Shown: positions 32,158-32,316 of the stretch, one piece after another
Layout: each line of letters begins with the position of its first letter
Position numbering within the stretch: the first letter of the stretch is position 1
Assembly: GCF_001194135.2 (NCBI RefSeq)
Contig: NC_068983.1
Location: 87,383,778 to 87,416,093, forward strand
Direction: 5' to 3'
DNA from: Octopus bimaculoides
Lineage: Eukaryota
DNA: 32,316 bases
The notes under the pieces: generated by a model
Seen by the model: the letters and a program-made list of their open reading frames with translations, nothing else
What the model was told of the DNA's origin: nothing
Database searches by the model: none
Position numbers and translations under genes: made by a program

Positions 32158-32316
32158 ATCATCATCATCATCATCGTTTAACGTCCGCTTTCCATGCTAG
32201 CATGGGTTGGACGATTTGACTGAGGACTTGTGAAACCGGATGGCAACACCAGGCTCCAATCTAATTTGGCAGAGTTTCTACAGCTGGATGCCCTTCCTAA
32301 CGCCAACCACTCAGAG
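32158..32316 (-). mobile_element. RTE-type retroposon 3' end with (GAT)n tail, runs off window
   Basis: Minus strand ends gcatggaaagcggacgttaaacgatgatgatg, an RTE-like 3' tail. Confidence 0.7.

Noticed and set aside
1-32316. CRISPR array or prokaryotic operon/defence system
   Set aside because: There are no regularly spaced repeats with unique spacers and no dense ORFs; the sequence is eukaryotic repeat DNA.

Overview
AT-rich, microsatellite-dense eukaryotic non-coding DNA from a gapped draft assembly, with 15 N-runs (e.g. 5333-6029, 10310-10680, 14680-15228, 16124-16658, 26535-27086, 28005-28805). The SINE families look like those of octopus/cephalopods; this taxonomic call is an inference from recalled repeat consensus sequences. 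I find no supportable host protein-coding exon, intact RNA gene or CRISPR array. The window is a transposon graveyard. It holds tRNA-derived SINEs of 2-3 families, RTE, R4/Dong, CR1 and probable L1/Tx1 LINE fragments, and two mariner remnants. It also holds a ~2 kb Helitron helicase relic interrupted by a hAT MITE with an 8-bp TSD, a TTAA piggyBac-type MITE, several foldback elements and a 5'-truncated 5S rRNA pseudogene. The most notable structures are (i) R4/Dong LINE fragments clustered in (TAA)n tracts together with a non-coding ~530-bp element that may be their non-autonomous partner, (ii) a second R4-type family sitting in (TACA)n tracts, and (iii) an unidentified ~1-1.7 kb unit repeated three times plus two partial copies at 4.7-12.4 kb. 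Nothing here demonstrates a new biological system; the findings are testable leads. Element boundaries were estimated by eye.
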